DNA from: the human T2T-CHM13v2.0 reference genome, Homo sapiens
Assembly (NCBI RefSeq): GCF_009914755.1
Contig: NC_060926.1
Direction: 5' to 3' (one strand)
Length of the DNA: 64,000 nucleotides
Below are positions 59,426 through 64,000 of the stretch, piece by piece; positions within the stretch are counted from its first letter, which is position 1; each line of letters opens with the position of its first letter. The notes beneath the pieces were generated by a model. That model was not told the DNA's origin. It worked only from the letters and a program-made list of their open reading frames with translations, and did no database searches. The position numbers and the translations under genes were made by a program.

Positions 59426-59805
59426 TGTTATAGACTGAATGTTTGTGTCCACCCAAAATTCATATATTGAAGTCCTAACCTCCAATGGATGGTATTTAGA
59501 AATGGGGTCTTTGGGAGGGGAATAGGATTAGATGAAGATGGGGCCCTCATGATGGAATTAGCATCCTTACAGAAGAAACACCAAAGAGCTAGCTTTCTCT
59601 CTCCCTCCACGCTCACAGAGAAGCCATGTGAGCACACAGCCAGATGCCAGGTGCCCACAGCAAGAGAAGAGGCCTTAGTGAAACCTACTACCGGCACCTT
59701 GATCTTGGACTTCCCATCCTCTAGTCCTATCAGAAATAAATTTCTGTTGTTTAAGCCATCTAGTCTATGGTATTTCGTTATGGCAGCCTGAGACAATATA
59801 TATGC
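59426..59805 (+). mobile_element. MaLR LTR (MLT1A-like)
   Basis: tgttatagactgaatgtttgtgtcc..aaaattcatatattgaagtcctaacc ... gtctatggtatttcgttatggcagcc. Confidence 0.88.
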
Positions 59806-60160
59806 CAAAATATTAACTTCCTAGCAAAATTCTTGGAGTATCTCATTGTAGGTTGCAAAAACAAATAAAAACAAAAAAACACTGTTTCTTTTTATAAATA
59901 GTTCATCAACTTTTAAATTAATCATTAATGTTTAAAGCTGCCTTTCAGGAAGCACATGCCCCATATGATAAATGACCTCTTCCAAGACTGCAGTATTGAA
60001 TGAGTTAATTTCATACATTATCATATACCTCTTTGTTTCTAGGGTCTTCAAGGTCTTCTAAATTAATGAAGAACACAAATGCCTCATAACAACATTCCTT
60101 TGAGCTCTTATTCTGTGTAAGGGACTGCATTTGTACTTATCTACCTAGAAGAATACTTCA

Positions 60161-60453
60161 GGCCAGGTGCGGTGGCTTGCACCTGTAATCTCAGAACTTT
60201 GGGAGGCTGAGGTGGGAGGATTGCTTGAGCTCAGGAGTTTGAAACTAGCCCGGGCAACATGGTGAGACCTTGTCTCTACTAAAAATAAATTTTAAAAATC
60301 AGCTGGCACGGTGATGCATGCCTGTAGTCCCAGATACTCAAGAGGCTGAGTTGGGAGGATTAATCAAGCCTAGGATTTCAAGGCTGCAGTGAGCTATGAC
60401 TGTGCCACTACACTACAGCGTGAGTGACAGAGTGAGACTCTGTCTCAAAAAAA
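60161..60453 (+). mobile_element. Alu (AluJ)
   Basis: Dimeric Alu; TSD gaatactt. Confidence 0.92.
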
Positions 60454-61239
60454 GGAATACTTTCACATTTGATATTTTTCATTTCGCCATTTTTCAACCT
60501 TAAACTAACACCCAAAATGCTACATTAATTTTATGATCTAGGACATGCATTTTTCCAAATTGCATAAAATTCTGAGTCTCCTTAAACAAAACAGAAAAAA
60601 AAATGTTTCCCAGGGGAGTCTGTTTGCTTCCCAGCAGTTCCAGGAAATGCTGAGCTGGAGACCTGCTTAGCTCACCCCTTGTGGAGAAAATTTGATCAGA
60701 TGTGAACAGACGGTGGTAGAACTAAACGTCCCTCTCTGAAGCTATTTATGCAAAATATTATTTCCCCACCGGCTCTGCGTATTATTTGAGTGTGAACGAT
60801 ATTATTTGCCTACATCCGACACATCTTATTATTTGGCTCTATTTTGACAGCAAACCACTTTATCAGACCATGTGCAATTTACATCTCACTTTTCCAAGGC
60901 ACAGTTCTTTTTAGGAGATGCACTTCTTTGTGAAGATGGACAACACTAAACTTCAGTCTAAAGGTCTGTGGCCGATTGCTTGCATATAAAGAGATTTTCA
61001 TAAATGTCCTCAATAGCTATGAAAAACTGGAAAAATTATATCATTAGCCACCCCGATGTCTTCAGAGTTGCTGAGTGGTCAGCCCTTCATTTGTGGACCA
61101 CGCTGTGCCGAAACTGTTCTGCCAGTGCCCGCCTGACTGAGCCGCGTCTGGGCCCCCCAGCCACTCCACGGCTTCAGAGTCTGTGTCTTGATGCCTCAGT
61201 GTTCTGCCCTCTCGGGCGGAGAATGTTAAAGCCCAAAGG

Positions 61240-61410
61240 AAATTTCAGACTTAAAGTGTCTGTGATGAAAGGGACCTCGAGGGTCATCTGCCCAATGCGT
61301 TTATGGATGAGGACACTGAATTGCAGCAGCGTGAAGTGGCCTGCCAAGGTCATTCGGTGAGTTAAAGGCTGAGCCCAGGCTCCATCCTGGGTGTCCTGAC
61401 GTCCAGTCTA
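61240..61410 (-). mobile_element. MIR fragment
   Basis: 'ttatggatgaggacactgaa..gtgaagtggcctgccaaggtca'. Confidence 0.6.
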
Positions 61411-61939
61411 CGGCCCTGTCCCCCCACTTGCAGTGGCCTCGTGGTGACTTGTGTTTTCCCTTTCATGGCGGGATGCAGGGAGAGTGATGGCGGTCAGCGT
61501 TGCAACTCTCAAGCTCCTATTGCTTCCACACAGCCAGCTCGGGTGGGGCATCCTCTCCGTGAAGTTCCATTTAGCTAGTAACTGTGTTACTCGGTTAATT
61601 AAGTGGGAAAACACAGGCGCCACCCTTGACTTTTAATAGTTTCAATGCAACCTGTTCCCATGGTGTTTTAACACCTCCTCCCCCACCCAACTCCACCCAA
61701 CACCCACCTCTCCAGCAAGGAATGAATGTACACACTGGAGCTGTCTTCCCAGTAGGAAGGCAAGCTTCCGAATGGGAGGTGCAGCTTTTTTAAAACGCTT
61801 TTGCTGCATCAGAAGAGGTGGAGCTAACACAGATAGGCATGATTCACGTAGGCGATCACAGTGTGGCTCTTGAATGAGATTTTTAAAATAAAGGAACAAT
61901 CCATTGTGAGAATTGAGAGCATTTCACTTTGGCTTTCCA

Positions 61940-62110
61940 GTTCAATTCAACAACTACTTAATTAGCACCCACTGTATTCAAGTCTCTGGCCATGCTGGGG
62001 AAATAAAAGATGAAGACATGTTATCTCTGGCTTCAAAAGAGCATATAGTTTTGAATAGGAAGAAAGCATGTATTCAAATAAAGTGCATTTATACCATGCT
62101 AATTATTCAT
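61940..62110 (-). mobile_element. LINE-2 3' fragment
   Basis: 'ttcaattcaacaactacttaattagcacccactgt..catgctgggga'. Confidence 0.6.
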
Positions 62111-62299
62111 GTAAGTTAGGAAGTATCTTCAAGTGAGCCCAGCAGCAGACATCTTTTATCTTCAGGATGGAGTTCCATTTCTGCAAAGAGTAAGATGAGG
62201 CCCTTGAACTTCTGGAACACAAGAAATTCACAGGACAGAGCCAAGCCTGTGTGCAAGGTCCCCTGACCAAGTGCTCAGTCGCCATTTCTGTGTTACTAG

Positions 62300-62683
<384 letters not shown>

Positions 62684-63631
62684 TGAGAAGGATTTGGAGC
62701 TCAGATTAGATCACCTGCACTTAGGTTAAGATGCTCCAATTTTTGACAACGAACAGGAGGAGACGGGCACCTCAGAGCAAGCCCTGGGTAGGACACTTGG
62801 AGGAAGAGGGGACTCACTCTGAAATGAGGAAAAGTTAGAGAGTCAGGCTCCTGAGGCAGGAGCCCAGAGGTGCCTGGTGCTCTGCCAGCTTATCCGGTCT
62901 ACCTGGCTCTTTCAACCATCCAATCTGTCCCTACCCAGTGTGTCCAGTGCCACATTAAAATGGGCCTCTGATGCCCTCCTCCCACTCACAGATTCCGTCT
63001 TTATCCCTCCCGAGCTGATTTGCACACCACATCTAATTCCCTCCAATCCTCCCAGCCCCAGCCTTGTCATTCATTTTCCCATTGTTCCCTCCCTCCTTCC
63101 TCCCCCTAACCTGACTCCTGATGCCTTCCCTCATCAATCAGGATGCCATCACCCACAGAAGTACTACCTGGGCCACCACTGTGTAGTTCTCACCCAGTCT
63201 GGTCCAGGTCTCAGGGTCCCAACCTCTAAAAACACCCATCTGGATGCCGAAGCTTTTATATCCTAGCCCTGAGCCAGGCAGATCCAGTAGCAGCCCAGGT
63301 GGCCAGCTGGAGTGGAGCAAGAGGAATGGTGGCAGCTGCCAACCAGGTGCAGAGGTCACAGTCTTGGCAGAGCAGAAGTGGCTGCATCATTGTGGGAGGG
63401 CAGTGAGGCTCCAGATGGCAGCAACCATGGCAAGGGCGTGTTGGGATCTGGACCAGAGAGGGGTCTGGCAGGGCTGCAAGGAACTGGACCCAGCCAGAGC
63501 AGGACAGGTGCCAACCCCCAACTCCTGTCCTGAGAGGGAGGGAGGAAAAACTAGAACATCTTCAAGGTGGATCTGGATCTGGATGGCACTTGGGGTACAC
63601 TCCTAGGATAGCTAAAGACACATCCACATAT

Positions 63632-63950
63632 GGGCTTGGTGGCTCATGCCTGTAATCTCAGCACTTTGGGAGGCCGAGGCAGATCCCTTAAGCCCAGGAG
63701 TTCAAGATCTGCTAGGCAATATGGCAAAACCCAGTCTCTACAAAAAAAAAAAAAAGTGCAAAAAAAGTAGCCGGGTGTGGTGGCACATGCCTGTAGTCTC
63801 AGCTACTCAAAAGGCTGAGGTGGGAGGATCACCTGAGCCCTGAGGTCGAGGCTGCAATGAGCCGAGATCATACCACTGCTCTCCAGCCTGCATGATAGAG
63901 TGAGACTCTGTCTCAAAAAAAAAATAATAATGACAACAACAACAAAAAAA
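63632..63950 (+). mobile_element. Alu (AluJ)
   Basis: Dimeric Alu; 15-bp TSD aaagacacatccaca. Confidence 0.93.
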
Positions 63951-64000
63951 GACACATCCACAACACATTTGCAGCTACAGTTGCCTGCACACAGAGGAAG

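Noticed and set aside
60740-60850. Repeat-spacer pattern as a CRISPR-like array
   Set aside because: The repeat is only 8 bp with irregular spacing in eukaryotic DNA; kept only as a motif cluster.

Overview
Primate (human-like) non-coding genomic DNA. It is dense in transposable elements: about 35 Alu copies or fragments (many with clear target-site duplications), MaLR and ERVL LTRs (MLT1, MST, MLT2), one complete LTR-internal-LTR MST element nested inside an AluJ, old L1M/L2/MIR fragments, and DNA-transposon MITEs (MER5, MER33, MER47, MADE1, MER85). I see no credible protein-coding exon, RNA gene or CRISPR array; the supplied ORFs are repeat-derived or chance ORFs. I found no evidence of a new coding system. 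The most unusual unexplained structure is an ungapped 170-bp inverted duplication (11721-11890 / 12840-13009, 12 mismatches by hand count) around a 949-bp spacer, with a 12-bp minisatellite at one inner breakpoint, a candidate small inversion or template-switch locus. Other leads: a 50-bp direct duplication 3.1 kb apart, a MER85 with an intact CSB-PGBD3 palindrome, DUX4-type motifs in MLT2A1/MST LTRs, serial Alu insertions at one target site, and several CpG-retaining candidate enhancers. Repeat family names come from recalled consensus sequences, and boundaries of old elements are approximate.
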